Source: Vicugna vicugna (taxonomy: Eukaryota). From it: DNA of 64,000 nucleotides. Below are positions 10,853 to 23,130 of the stretch, in pieces. The position numbers were made by a program, and so were the translations under genes. Under the pieces are notes generated by a model. The model made no database searches, was not told the DNA's origin, and worked only from the letters and a program-made list of their open reading frames with translations. Where the stretch lies: contig MU058337.1 of the NCBI GenBank assembly GCA_013265495.1, positions 3,616,176 through 3,680,175 on the forward strand, given 5' to 3'. Position 1 is the stretch's first letter, and every line of letters starts with the position of its first letter.

Positions 10853-12512
10853 CTGTATGTTGATTTTATATCCCGAAACTTCACTGAATTCATTTATTAG
10901 TTCTAACACTTTTTTTTGTGGCATCTTCAGGGTTTTCAATGTGCCAGATCGTGAAATCTGCAAATCAAGGCAATTACTTTTTGCTTTCTAATTTAGATTT
11001 TTTAAAATTTCTTTTTCCTATCTAACTGCTCTGACGAGGACATCTAGTACTATGCTGAATAGAAGTGGTGAGAGTGGGCATCTGTTTTCTTCCTGATTTT
11101 AGAGGAAAATTAATATTCATGGACTTGTCATATATGGCTTTTACTATGTTGAAATACACTTCTTCTGCATCTAACTTGTTGAGCAGGTTTATCATGAATG
11201 AGTGTGAAATTTTCTCAAATGTTTTTTCTTCAATTGAGATGATAACATGATTTTTGTTCGTCATTCTGTTAATTCTGTGGTGCATCACATTATTGACTGA
11301 TTTTCATATGGTGAAACATCATCCTTGCATCCAGGGGAAAACTCCATTTGATCATGACGTACAATCCTTTCAATGTGCTTTTAAATTTAGCTTTCTAAAA
11401 TTTTGTTGAGTGTTTTTGCATCTATGTTTATTAGAGATATTGGCCTACAGTTTTCTTCTTTTGTAGTGTCTTGGTCTGATTTAGGTATCAGGGTAATGTT
11501 GGCCTCACAAAATAAGTTTGGAAGTGCACCCTCTTCTTCAATTTTTTTGGAATAGATTGAGGATTTGCATTTATTATTCTGTAAATGTTTTGTAGAATTC
11601 ACCTGTGAAGCCATCTGGACTTTTTCTGATTGGGAGGTTTTTGATTATTCATTTAATCTTTTTACTAGTTAAAGTCCTATTCAGATTTTCTATTTCTTCA
11701 TGATTTCTTCTCAATCTTTATAATTCAGTTTTGGTAGCTTGTATGTTTCTAGAATTTTTTCCATTTAATCTAGGTTATCCAACTTGGTGGCGTAAAAATG
11801 TTCATAGTATTCTTTTATAATTCCTTTATATTTTTGGTAACACTAGTGTAAAGTTTTCTCTTTCACTTTAATTTCATATATTTATTTGTCCATCTTTTTT
11901 TTCTTAGTCTACTACAGACTTATCAATCCTGTTAACCTTTTCACAAAAATCAATGTTTACTTTCTTTGATCTTTTCTATTGATTTACTAGTCTCCTTTTC
12001 ATTTATTTCTGCTCTAATCTTTATTACTTCCTTTCTTGTGATAACTTTGGACTTTGTTCTTCACTTTTTTTAGATTCTTGAGGTGTAAAAGTATGTTCCT
12101 TATTTGATATTTTTCTTCTTTCTTAACATAGGTGTTTATTGCTATAAAATTTCCACTCAGTACTGTTTTTGCTGGATTCCGTAAGTTTTGGTATGTTGTG
12201 TTGTCATTTTAACTTGACATATATGTGATTTATTTTGATTTCTTTTTTAAGCAATAGGTAGTTCAGCAGTGCGTTATTTAATTTTCACGTATTTGTAAAT
12301 TTTAAAATTTTCCTCTTATTATTAATTTCAAGTTTTATACCACTGTGGTCAGAAGATACTTGACATTTTTAAAGTTGTTATGAGTTGTTTTGTGGACTAA
12401 AACATGTGACCTATCCTAGAGAAGGTTCCATGTTCACTTGAGAAACACGTGCTTTCTTCTGCTATTGAATAGAATGTCCTGTGTATGTTTGTTAGATCCA
12501 TTTGGCCTAAAG
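10853..12512 (-). mobile_element. L1 ORF2 segment (endonuclease end through RT), inverted arm of the L1 at 10853-14050; degenerate
   Basis: Minus-strand ORF fragments match ORF2p: [19 protein letters not shown]...[20 protein letters not shown] (11387-11614) and NKNHVIISI...IVKAIYDK (11022-11288). Degenerate FADD region ~10960; EN-like QMDLTNIHRTF ~12500. Confidence 0.92.
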
Positions 12513-13481
12513 GCAAACATATAGACCTAAGGAACAGAATACAGAGCCCAGAAAGACATCCACACATATTCAGTCAACTAATCTTTGACAAGAATACTAA
12601 GAACATTGATGAGGAAAAGATAATCTCTTAAACAAAGAATACTGGGAAAACTAAGTATCTATATGCAAAAGAATGAAATGGATCGCTATCTTACACCATA
12701 CATAAATATCAACTAAAAATGGATCAAAAATTTAAATATAAGACCTAAACTGTAAAAGTCCTAGAAGAAAACATAACAGGAAAACTTTTTGACACTGGTC
12801 TTAGTGATGCCTTCTTGGACTGAACACCAGAAGCATAGACAGCAAAACCAAACACAGACAAGCAGTACTTCATCAAACTAAAAACCTCTGCACAGCAAAG
12901 GAAGCAATCAAAAGAGTGAAAAGGCATCCTATAGAATGTGAGAGAATACTTCAAACCATTTGCCTGATATAAGGGTAAATATATACATATATGAATCTCC
13001 TGCAACTCTATAGTAAAAAGAGCAAATAAATGGATTTTTAAGTGGACAAAAGACTTGAATAGACATTTCTCCTAAGAAGACATACAAATAGCCAACAAGT
13101 GTATAAGATGCTCAACATTACTAATCATCAAGGAAATGCAGATCAAAACTACAATGAGGTATCACCTGATATCTGTTGGGATGCATTTATTAAAAAAAAA
13201 GGATAATGAGTGTTGACTAGGATATGGGAAAATTGGAACCCTTATACACTGCTGCTGAGAATGTAGGATGGTACAGCTACTATGTAAAACAATATAATGG
13301 TTCCTCAAAAAAGTAAAAATACAACTATCATATGCTCCAGCATTCCCACTTCTTAATATATATATCCAAAAGAGCTGAAAACGGGATTTCCAAGAGACAT
13401 CCTTACATTCACTGCAAAATTATTCATAATAGCCAATATATGGAAACAACCTAATGTCTGTTTACAGATGATTGGATATAC

Positions 13482-13549
<68 letters not shown>

Positions 13550-14050
13550 CATATATATATATATGACACAACACAACCAATGAAATATTGCCATTGCTAA
13601 AATATAGATAAACCCAGATGAACTAAACCAGTCACAGAACAAATATGGCATGTTTCCCTTTATATGAGGTATATAAAATAGTCAATCTCATAAATGCAGA
13701 GAATAGAATGGTTGTTGCCAGCAGTTAGAAGGAAGAAATGAAAAATTATTTTTCCATGGGTATAGAGTTTCTGGTATGCCAGATGAATAATTCTAGAGAT
13801 CTGCTGTACAGATAAGGTATTGTGCACTCTGAAGTATGTTAAGGGGCTATATTTCATGTTAAGTATGATTTAAAAGAAATGTATAAAACACAAAATCACA
13901 CAAGGACGTTTTTGGAAGAGATGGATATGCTTAGTGCCTTGCTTGTGAGACTGTGGTGATGGTACATGTACACGTCCAACCTCATCAAGATGTATACACC
14001 AAATGTGTGCAGGTTTTTTGTATGAATTATACCTCAGTAAAGCTAAAAAA
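12503..14050 (+). mobile_element. L1 ORF2 3' part plus 3' UTR (L1MA9/L1MA10-like), sense arm
   Basis: Collinear with the young L1 at 52734 onward (CATATAGACC...CAACTAATCTTTGACAAG...ATGAGGTATCACCT). 3' UTR CTAGAGATCTGCTGTACA...ATTATACCTCAGTAAAGCTAAAAAA. Confidence 0.92.
13476..13570. repeat. Compound (TG)n(TA)18(TG)n(AT)7 microsatellite within L1
   Basis: Read directly from the sequence. Confidence 0.95.
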
Positions 14051-16104
14051 TCAACACTTGCTTAATTTGGTTTTAGTGCCTATAGTTTCAAAAATCTAGC
14101 TATTCTCTAAGGACATCATAATTTGTTCCACTTCCAAAACTGACATAACCATTTACCCCCACAATTTGAATTAATAAAAATATAACTTTTAGGACCATCT
14201 TGAATATGTTTATTACTCATAAACCACCACATACCCCTCTCTGTGTAATTATGGTCTCCTTCCTGAATTGTGTTTCTGGGGTAAGTTATTTTTCTTTTAA
14301 TTTATCCACAAATTTCGCCTCTGTATATATTTTTAATCAGTTTGTATTTCACCCTCCATCTCTAGTGACTAATTCAGCAAGAAATCACCTCCATCTGTTG
14401 CTCCCATTTTTCCTGTATTATTAACTTCTTTTCTTTTTGCTTTCAATCAGAAATGCACCTAGTGAATCATGCAATTAGAAATGATTACATCTCCTTTTCT
14501 CATTTTTTTAAGCTTAATATTGACTAACATCATCCTCTAGAACAAGAATCCTTTAGAACAGAATTTTTATTCTTTACTCAGTCCTGTTCCTCCTCTTTCA
14601 TGCTCAATTCTATGTCTTCCGAAAACTTAAGTTTATTCTCTTACCTATTTTCTGTGAACAAATGGTCCAAACTTTTAACACTGCTTATATGTTGTGTGTC
14701 ATTTATACTTACAGGAGCCATGCTACTCATTTCTGACAGTTCTCATTATTCTATACATCAGTTTTTTTTTTTAAAGCATTTCTAGGTCATTAAAAAAGAC
14801 AAATGCTACATATTATGGGTGACTGAAAACATTAATATGGAATATCTTCTGTCTCAGGACCTCACAATCAAATTCCAGAAATGTTCAGATACAAAAACAG
14901 CTCTCAGACAAAGCGAATGTTGTCCAGAGACACATGAGAACTGCAAACAAGGCCCAAAGGATGAGGTGATTCAGATCATTCAGGGAAATCAAGGGGCTGG
15001 ACAACGTGGAATCCCAAGTGTCTCAGAACTTCATCAGGATTTGAAGAGAAAGCAAAAGAAGGTACGAGAACACAAAGTATAGAGCAAGTCCATTCCAACC
15101 TATGGGATTGTCTTGAGGTAAGAGGGAGAGTAAAAAGGTGTTTACAGTGGGTGTTAGTCTATAAGCAGAAACATTGGAACTTTGGACCTCGACAGGAAAT
15201 GTAAGAGATTTTAGTTGTCACCCCATGCACTGGACAAAGACATTAAAATTCACAATTTTTTTGTTACTAGCATACAATTCCAAACACAAGTAGAATTGAA
15301 GTCAAAATTAGAATTCCTATCATCTACTTTCCAGACAAGAAAGATTTTTCACACCATGACCCACAGATCAATAGCAGATAATAGTTAATGACAGGGGTGG
15401 GGAATGTGTATTACTTCTGCTTTGTAATATTCCTTTTAGTAGGTGGAGAAGAGTCATAAGAAGTTATTCAAGCCATCTGTAATTCCATCTATAGAGTTGA
15501 CAAGTTTCCACTTTTTATGTGAAACATCTTGGTAAAATCAAGAAAAAGAGATTTGACGTTAAGTGTGCCAGAGGTCAAGAGAAAGGTCATTCTGAAATTT
15601 GGGATGTGGCCAAAGAATTCAGGCTTAGAGGACATCCCTTGGAAGAATCCAAGTAATAGAAAAGCCGCAGGGGGGCGCACACCAGAGCTCAGAGGAAAAA
15701 GTAGAGTGAAAGGCTGCCATTCCCCATAAAAACATCATCCACGTTGAAGTTTTGCTTAAAGCTAGTTCTAGAAGTTCTCTATCAATGATCATCTTCTACA
15801 GTCAGATATACATGATTACTATCATTGTCATTGTTATTTAATTTATATATTTATTGGGACTATTGAGGGAGGGGTTTGATTACATCAGCCTGCTGAGTTT
15901 TCATCTTTACCTCCAAATTGCATACCCTTAATATCAGATTCAGACTTACGGGTTTTCACATGTTTCACATGTTTATGTTGATATCTGATGAAAAATAAGG
16001 ATTCTATAATGCATTTGAGCTAATAAATAATTATTGAACTTGTAAAATAACTTTCACAGGAAAGAACGTCTTTTACTATTTTTTCTTTAAAGGCTTTGAA
16101 AGAA

Positions 16105-16350
16105 AGCAGTGTTTGAGATCAAGGATTCTAGAACCCTGCAGCCTGGAGTTCAAATCCCAGACCTGCTGGTACTTGTATATCATTGGTAAGTTTTTTGAAT
16201 TTCTCGTACCTCTATTTCTTCACCTGCACAATGGAAAGAATTATACTAACCTATATTATAGGTCTATTATGAGAATTAATTAATATATAGGAAGCACCTA
16301 GAATACTAGCTAGTGTGTACTAAGTTTTCATTGAATGCTATCTATTGTTG
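16105..16350 (+). mobile_element. MIR SINE, near full length
   Basis: GCCTGGAGTTCAAATCCCAG...CCTCTATTTCTTCACCTGCACAATGG...AAGCACCTAGAATA. Confidence 0.75.
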
Positions 16351-18584
16351 CTATAACTAATGTTAAGGTTATCACTAATTACTAATAATAAGCAATCCTT
16401 TTCACAATAGTTGAGTAAATTAGAGCTACATCATATAAGTCATTGTCACTCTTTGCAAGGGGTAAAAATCAAACTGTAAATGCATAAGGATGATGATTTC
16501 AGAAAATTTTCAATCACAGGTTTTGAATTGAAATTCCGCAAATCATGTCATTTAGTTTTGCTTAGATACATACATTCATATAGCCATTCATTACATGATT
16601 TGGTTTTCGTCAAGTAAATTTACAAAGAAAACTTTTGATCTTAGTATTATCTTAAGGATATTTACTTAAACATGAGGAATACTTTAAGCTAAATTAATCA
16701 GGGTTATAAAGATTGTCTAGTTTTTTTTTCCCACAAAAGTAATCCCTCTATATTAAAGAATCAGTATGAATGCATTCAATTAGCAGACTCTAGGGGAATA
16801 TGTAGCAAGCAAAAACAGCATTAATTTCACAGGCCAATATATTTTATAGCAGAAGCTATTTATTTTGTTATTCATAGAGTCTAGTGATCATTTACATTAC
16901 AGATTCCTTCACACAAAAACTGTGATATTTAACATGTCTTTTTAGCGTGAAATATCTCAAATCAAATCAAGCCCTGGCTAGTCTCTATTATTTGGCTCAT
17001 AGAAAAATGTACTTCTGAATTCTCTCTCAAGTCCTATCACTCCATCTTGACTTTTTACTACAGCCGCCCCCATCATTCAGTCACAGACTGGCTGTGACAC
17101 GTGGGTTACGTGTCTCTCCACAGGTGACAGCAGAAACTTGGAAGGAGAAAACTGTTTTAGCCAGACTTTTCTGGTCCACCATACTTTCAAAGTTTTTCTT
17201 TTTTGTTGTGTGCCTCACTTCCAATAAACTCTCTAAAGCAGTACCAATATTTCAGCCTCGAGCCTGTGTGCGTTAGCATCCTCTTAGTAACTCATCTTCC
17301 TTCCTGTTGTAGGGTACACACCAAAATCTTTTGTTTTCTACTCCAAAGAGAAAAGAAAAGGAAAAAGGCTAGTACTAGTGTCATTTTCTAAACTTTCCCA
17401 TATTTCTTTAGAGTTCACTTAATTTAGGTGAAGTAAAGGGAATCGTTCCCGGAGGATTGTTGTTGGCACATGCACAGAGTTTACAGCCAAGGACTTGGGT
17501 GGGCTCTGAATGTCACACAGAACACAGAGAGCAGTGTCTACAGACAGGGGGAAACCAGACTTCTGTTCAAGGGCAGTCACTGCGGGCAGCTTCTAAGAAG
17601 CTAGGTTTACCTGGGTTATGTACTTTTGGCCTACAGGGACTGTGATTACAGAAAAGATTCCAGAAACATCCCATAAAAAATATCGGAACCAGTTATTTAA
17701 TTAGAGGATTGCACTATAAACAGAATAAAATAATTCATGGACAAATTAAAACCTTTAAGAATATGTTTATATGTACATATGTAAGAATATAAAACATGTA
17801 AAATACTTATATATATCTTAGTGTTATGTGTGTGTGTATATACATATATATGATTTTAACAATGCAAACTGCACATATGTTGCTATTTTATGTGTCTGAT
17901 AATAAATGCCAGTCCCACCCTGCCAGGATATTGGTGACATCTTTAGTTACATTTGATGAGGGATTTGGGGCCCAGGCCAGTCCTCTTCTATTTTCATCTT
18001 CTGGTTCTGGGCCACTCCCATCTGCTTCTATATCCCACATTGATTTAATCTCCTCCCTTAATGTCCAGACTTCTTCTCGGCTCAGAGCTAATAAATTACT
18101 GCAAGTGTCCTCAGTCTCAATAGCTAAAATACTCCCCAGCGAAATTCTGAACACACACAGACTTCGTCTGCAGCATTTGCAGTCAGCAGAGACATCGACT
18201 TCTCTTTCCTTTTGCCTGAGTATCTTTAAATGTGGCCACTGCTGGAGATGTTTTGTAAATGCCCTCAGGAAAAATGTCTGGCTCAAAATTTCCATGAATT
18301 CCTGTCTGCAGCTGAAACGGCAGAACTTTCAGAGCTCCGTGGCTTTAGGCAAGCAAAGAAAAGGTTCCCAGCTAGTTTTCTCTTTGAATGCTCTCTCCAA
18401 ATAAGCAGGAGCCCTTTTTTCATTCTTGCGTCCTCTTAATCCTTCCCTGTCTGCCCACCCAGAATACTGCAGCTCCTTCCGGGCTTTCTGCCCAGTTGCT
18501 GACAGCCCATCCAAACAATCGGACTGTTTTCTTTCATTCAGAACTGTCAGGGAGGACTTGGTTCTTTTCTTTTCCTACTTTTTT

Positions 18585-18890
18585 TTTTAAATTATGATAA
18601 GAACAGTTAACATGAGATCCACCTTTTTAACAAATTTTAAAGGTATTGCTCTCTCTAGCCACGACGTTGTACAGCAGATCTCTAGAATTTACCCATCCTG
18701 CACAACTGAAATTCTGTATTGATTGAACAAGAATCCCTTGTACCCCCTTTCCTCAGCCTTTGGTTACCATCATTCTTCTCTTTGCTGCTAAGAGGCTGAT
18801 CATTTCAGATACTTCCTGTGAAGTGGAGTCATGTGGTACTTGTCCATCTATGACTGGCATATTTCTCTAAGCATAACGTCCTCCAGATTC
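18585..18890 (-). mobile_element. 5'-truncated L1 3' UTR (L1MA9/10-like)
   Basis: Poly(T), then TTAACATGAGATCCACC...GTACAGCAGATCTCTAGAA, the reverse complement of the 3' UTR at 13790-13860. Confidence 0.85.
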
Positions 18891-21536
18891 ATAGCATTTG
18901 TTTGTTTGCTTGCTTTCCAAAGTACGGAAGGAAAAGAAAGCTCTGACACATCTGCCCTAATGGTCTGCCAACACACAACTTTGCTAATAATTTTTTTTTG
19001 CTTATACTTATCTAAGTCTCCTCCTGGGTACCTCCTCAGGCTTAATGCTCACCTATTCCTCCCTAATTATTTGGAAAGGTCAAATTAATACTTTGGGAAA
19101 AGTGCTAAAATGGAAAATGTTCAAACCAAGCAAACAAATAAACCTGGATTCAGCCCAGTATAAATGACAGCCTGAAATAAATCACAAACCAAGGATGACT
19201 AGAATTTAAATATTTTCTCCTCCTCTCCAGCAGCTTATTTTTCCCATCTAGAAGACAGCAAACATTCAACTAAATGGCATTCAGCTAAAACGTCATTGAA
19301 ATTTTCATCAGTGAAGCACGAGCATTTTACTCCTCCATTTAAAAATCTATAGTACATTTTGAAAATAAGTAGTTGAAAATCCTGATGGAGCAAAACCTCA
19401 ACCAAGACAACGTCTCGTGATTGGTGTTTACCCTGCTGGTTCAGCCCCCACTGTGAAGTCTACCAAGAATAACAGGACCATTGATTTAATCCCTTTCTGG
19501 CAGGCCTTTAGCTGAAATTTAATTATGTTGCTTTTTGTCTGCAACCTTCCCCCAAGGTTTCTGTGATATTAGAATACCTCCTTTAAGTGTTATGAAAAGC
19601 GCATTAGAGGGTTTTCCTCTTGATTATTTCATAACATAACATAGCAGTTTCTTCTGCCAGCAAGCCCACACAACTGTTTTCAATAAATGAAACAGTTTTC
19701 TTTTTTTTCCATTTTATAAAGTGTAGATTAAACATTAATTAGTCGTAGCTGAGTTTCAACATTTTCCTTTTACAGTGATCTCTTTATGGCTAGTTCTCAA
19801 ACAGCGCAAATAAGTTCCTCTAATGTGTGAACAATGGCACAGCCTTAGACTTCAGAAAGGGCATGGATGCTTGGTTAAGTCAATCTTAAACTGTTTTGCA
19901 ATGATTTCATGCTGAGCAATTATTTCTATAGTCCTTAAATGGTGGGAGTTTCAAAGGCATGGTTGAGTGTGTATTTTTATAGCTAGCAAAATCTTATTAA
20001 ATGGGTATGGCTTTCTGGATTTCTTTCCTTCCTCTTCTCCAAACTCATAAAATTGAAAGAGGCCAGCCCCAATGTGTGCTAACCACAGTAGCGTCCACAT
20101 CTGCTGGTCACCCGCGTCAATTCTTGTCATTTTTGTTTACCATTATTGGCTTGTCACAAGCTCCATATCTCCAAAAATAATTGAAAATGAAAACAAACTT
20201 TTGTATGTGTCCTTTTCCTCCCCAGCAATGTGTCAGCCTGGGAAAATGCTCTCTTTGAAAGGAAAGCAGAGCTGACATATAATTGTTGCCTTTACCCCAG
20301 CTGTTACTGACATTACATGCTGAACCTTCCTTGGAGACGGAAAACCAATTTTGATGTGACACTCTGAAAAGTCACCACTGGTACTTTACAAATAGTTCAA
20401 GGTCACAGGAATCTTGCCCGAGACACTCTCAGGTAATCCTCTGGAGGACTTTTCTTTCTGGGGGAAAGCTGTGTTTTTTATTGATTTTGCAAATTGTAGA
20501 CTTACAGTCTAACAAAGGAAAAGCTATCAAGAGGGAAAGAAAAAAAAAAAACAACAACTAAGTACAAAATCAATGCTTTTGCACTGAAATGTTAAAAAGC
20601 AATTCCATGCAAGTATTATGGTGAAAGAGAAGTTAAAAATTTCCAGTCTGACATTTGAAACTTGTATTTAGGAATAGAAAATCTCAATATGACATTCTAT
20701 TAATGAGACATTTGGTAAAGAATTTAACTTTTATTACTTAAACATAATTCAGGTTTTTATTTTTAAAAAATATCTTCTCATTTAGAGTATCTTATCTATT
20801 GCATAGATATTTAAATTTGTTAATCTTATTGTTTCTTTATTGGAACTTCTGTGAGTCAATTAGCAATGTATTATTACCTTGTAATATTCTAGTAAAACCC
20901 ATTTTTTCACTCTCATCAGCTAAGTCGTGCTGCACAAGTTTCATTTCTAGTTAGTCATTTCTGGGATAAACTAATCTGCCCCTGTTTCTTTCTTGCCTTT
21001 TGAATCCGCTTATCAAAGCTGAAATACCTTTTTAGTTACTAAGGCATTAGGTAGCCAGTCCTTTAAGGAAGCTCAACATTATTAACGTAACAAAAGATCA
21101 GGACCTCTGTGGTCATATTTTATTTCTGTGTTTGCTGCCCTCCAGCCAGTAGTCAAAATGGTTAATTTGAACTCAGAAACTGAGCTGAACTGGCCTCATG
21201 CTCATTGCCATATGCGTGTTAGTGTCAGCCCCGTTTTTTTCTTATTTCTGTATATGAGGAAATTCATACTTAGTCACATGGATTGAGTTGATAAAGATCA
21301 ATTTCCGAACCCAATGTCACTAAGAAAAAACACCCATTTGGGAAATAATGGACTCTTATCTATGTTCTCTTTGATAGTCATCTTTTAATAATATTCTCAT
21401 TATTTGAGAGCTTTAGGGCAAGAGGCAACACATTAAATTTATGAAGTTTATGACTCAAATTCACATGACTGCTATTTCAGACTGAACCATTTTTTACATG
21501 TCAAGCCATTGTGCTTTGCCCTAAATTAAGATGACA

Positions 21537-21560
21537 GATAGATAGATAGATAGATAGATA
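21537..21560. repeat. (GATA)6 microsatellite
   Basis: Read directly from the sequence. Confidence 0.95.
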
Positions 21561-21769
21561 AGCTTTCCCACAATCACTCCAAGAACAAATTTCAAGACAA
21601 GTTCATGATATGACTGAATCATAAAGGAACAGTGACAAATATCACTCAATTTGCAAATGTTTACTGAATGCAGGATATAACAAAACATTATATTTGCATT
21701 GCAAAATAAGGAAATGATTATGACATGTCCCCTAACTTATACACATTTAACATAATTCTAATTACAATG

Positions 21770-21960
21770 ATCATTTATTATTTTCTATGTGCTGTACATC
21801 ATCATATATATGTGTTTCTCATTGCAATCTTGAAAGTATCATAACTCTAATTATACAAATGAAGAAATTGACCACAATGAGAATAAAGCGACTTGCCCAA
21901 GTTCATGTGGGAATGGGCAATACGGGAAAGAACTGGATTTGAACCCTAGACTATGAGATC
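21770..21960 (-). mobile_element. MIR SINE remnant
   Basis: ACAAATGAAGAAATTGA...GACTTGCCCAAGTTCA...GGATTTGAACCC. Confidence 0.7.
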
Positions 21961-22061
21961 TAAAAATCCGTATTTGGTATATTACACCAAATCAATACAT
22001 AAAGAAAATTAACAATTATACAAATCACTCTATTATGAGCAAGACGTGATCACTGTCATTT

Positions 22062-22170
22062 GAGATATAGCCATAGATATGCATAAACAAATGTGTCTGT
22101 GTTCCTATAAAACTTTATTTTAAACAGGAAGCACTTAGATTTGGCCTGTGGGTAGGATATTGCCAGCCCT
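22062..22170. mobile_element. MER58-like hAT-Charlie DNA transposon fragment
   Basis: AGCCATAGATATGCATAAACAAATG...TGTGTTCCTATAAAACTTTATTT...GATTTGGCCTGTGGG. Confidence 0.7.
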
Positions 22171-22719
22171 TCACAAGTCATGGGCAAGTGGAGTTATGTG
22201 TAATTTGTATACAGGTCATAGAAAGATGAGGTATGCTGTCCAGTAAAAGCATTTATAAATTAAGAAATCGATTTCACCATCATTTTTGCTCTATATTAAA
22301 TATTAATAATTACATTGATATTATAGAACTAAAGCTCTACATGAAAAAACTTAATTAAATAATAACTAAATAAGTAAATTTTTACATGTTCTGTGGTTCC
22401 TCAAATAAAGCAACTGAGTTGACCTAAGAAGGTTAAGAAGGATTCTCGGATGAGCTGAAACTTGATATATGTCTTGATGAATGATTCTGAGACCAACAGG
22501 GAAAAGAAGGAAAGGAAGAAATAATAAAAGACATAATACACAGTCATAAGGACATACAGAGCCACGACATGTGGAGAGAACAATGGGGAATGTTGACATG
22601 GATGCACACAGGGTGTGGGAGCAGGATGAAGATGAGGCTGGAAATGTAGGCTGAAGATAAAGTTTTTGGACAATAGGATGCATACGTATCTGAGATGCAA
22701 TAAGGAGGAAGCAGAAATT

Positions 22720-23130
22720 GTAGTTATCAGCATTGTTCACCAAGTATTTCTGGTTTTACATCTGGGCACAGGGTAATTTTGCAAGTTCTCAGCTCCATGA
22801 AGTTAGCTGTGGCCACATGACTTGCTTTGGCCAAAGAGTAAGAGGCAGAAATGGCATCTGTCACTTTGGGACAGGACCTTCGAGAACCAGGGTAGGAACC
22901 CCATGATCCCTTTCTCCTTCCGGGCAATCATGGAATTATGGAAGGAAGATGGCACCTCCCCTGGCCTGGGTCCCTGAGTGAAGATGATGGAGGGCACAGC
23001 ACCCTACTCCACCTGTTCAGCTGTCTAGGAGGAAAGATAAATGAACCGGTGTTGTTTTAGGCCACCGGGATGTTTTAGGCCTGAACTGTTTTCTTTTCTT
23101 ATCATAGGCTAAATTATGATGACCAACATG
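22720..23130 (+). mobile_element. MaLR LTR (MLT1J/K-like)
   Basis: GTGGCCACATGACTTGCTTTGGCCAA...CCTGGGTCCCTGAGTGA...TTGTTTTAGGCCAC. Confidence 0.7.

Noticed and set aside
17826..18404. Overlapping 192-aa (+) and 135-aa (-) ORFs
   Set aside because: No recognisable domain, the plus ORF starts in a TG/TA repeat, and there is no convincing exon structure or processed-pseudogene hallmark. A BLASTP/tBLASTn search would settle it.
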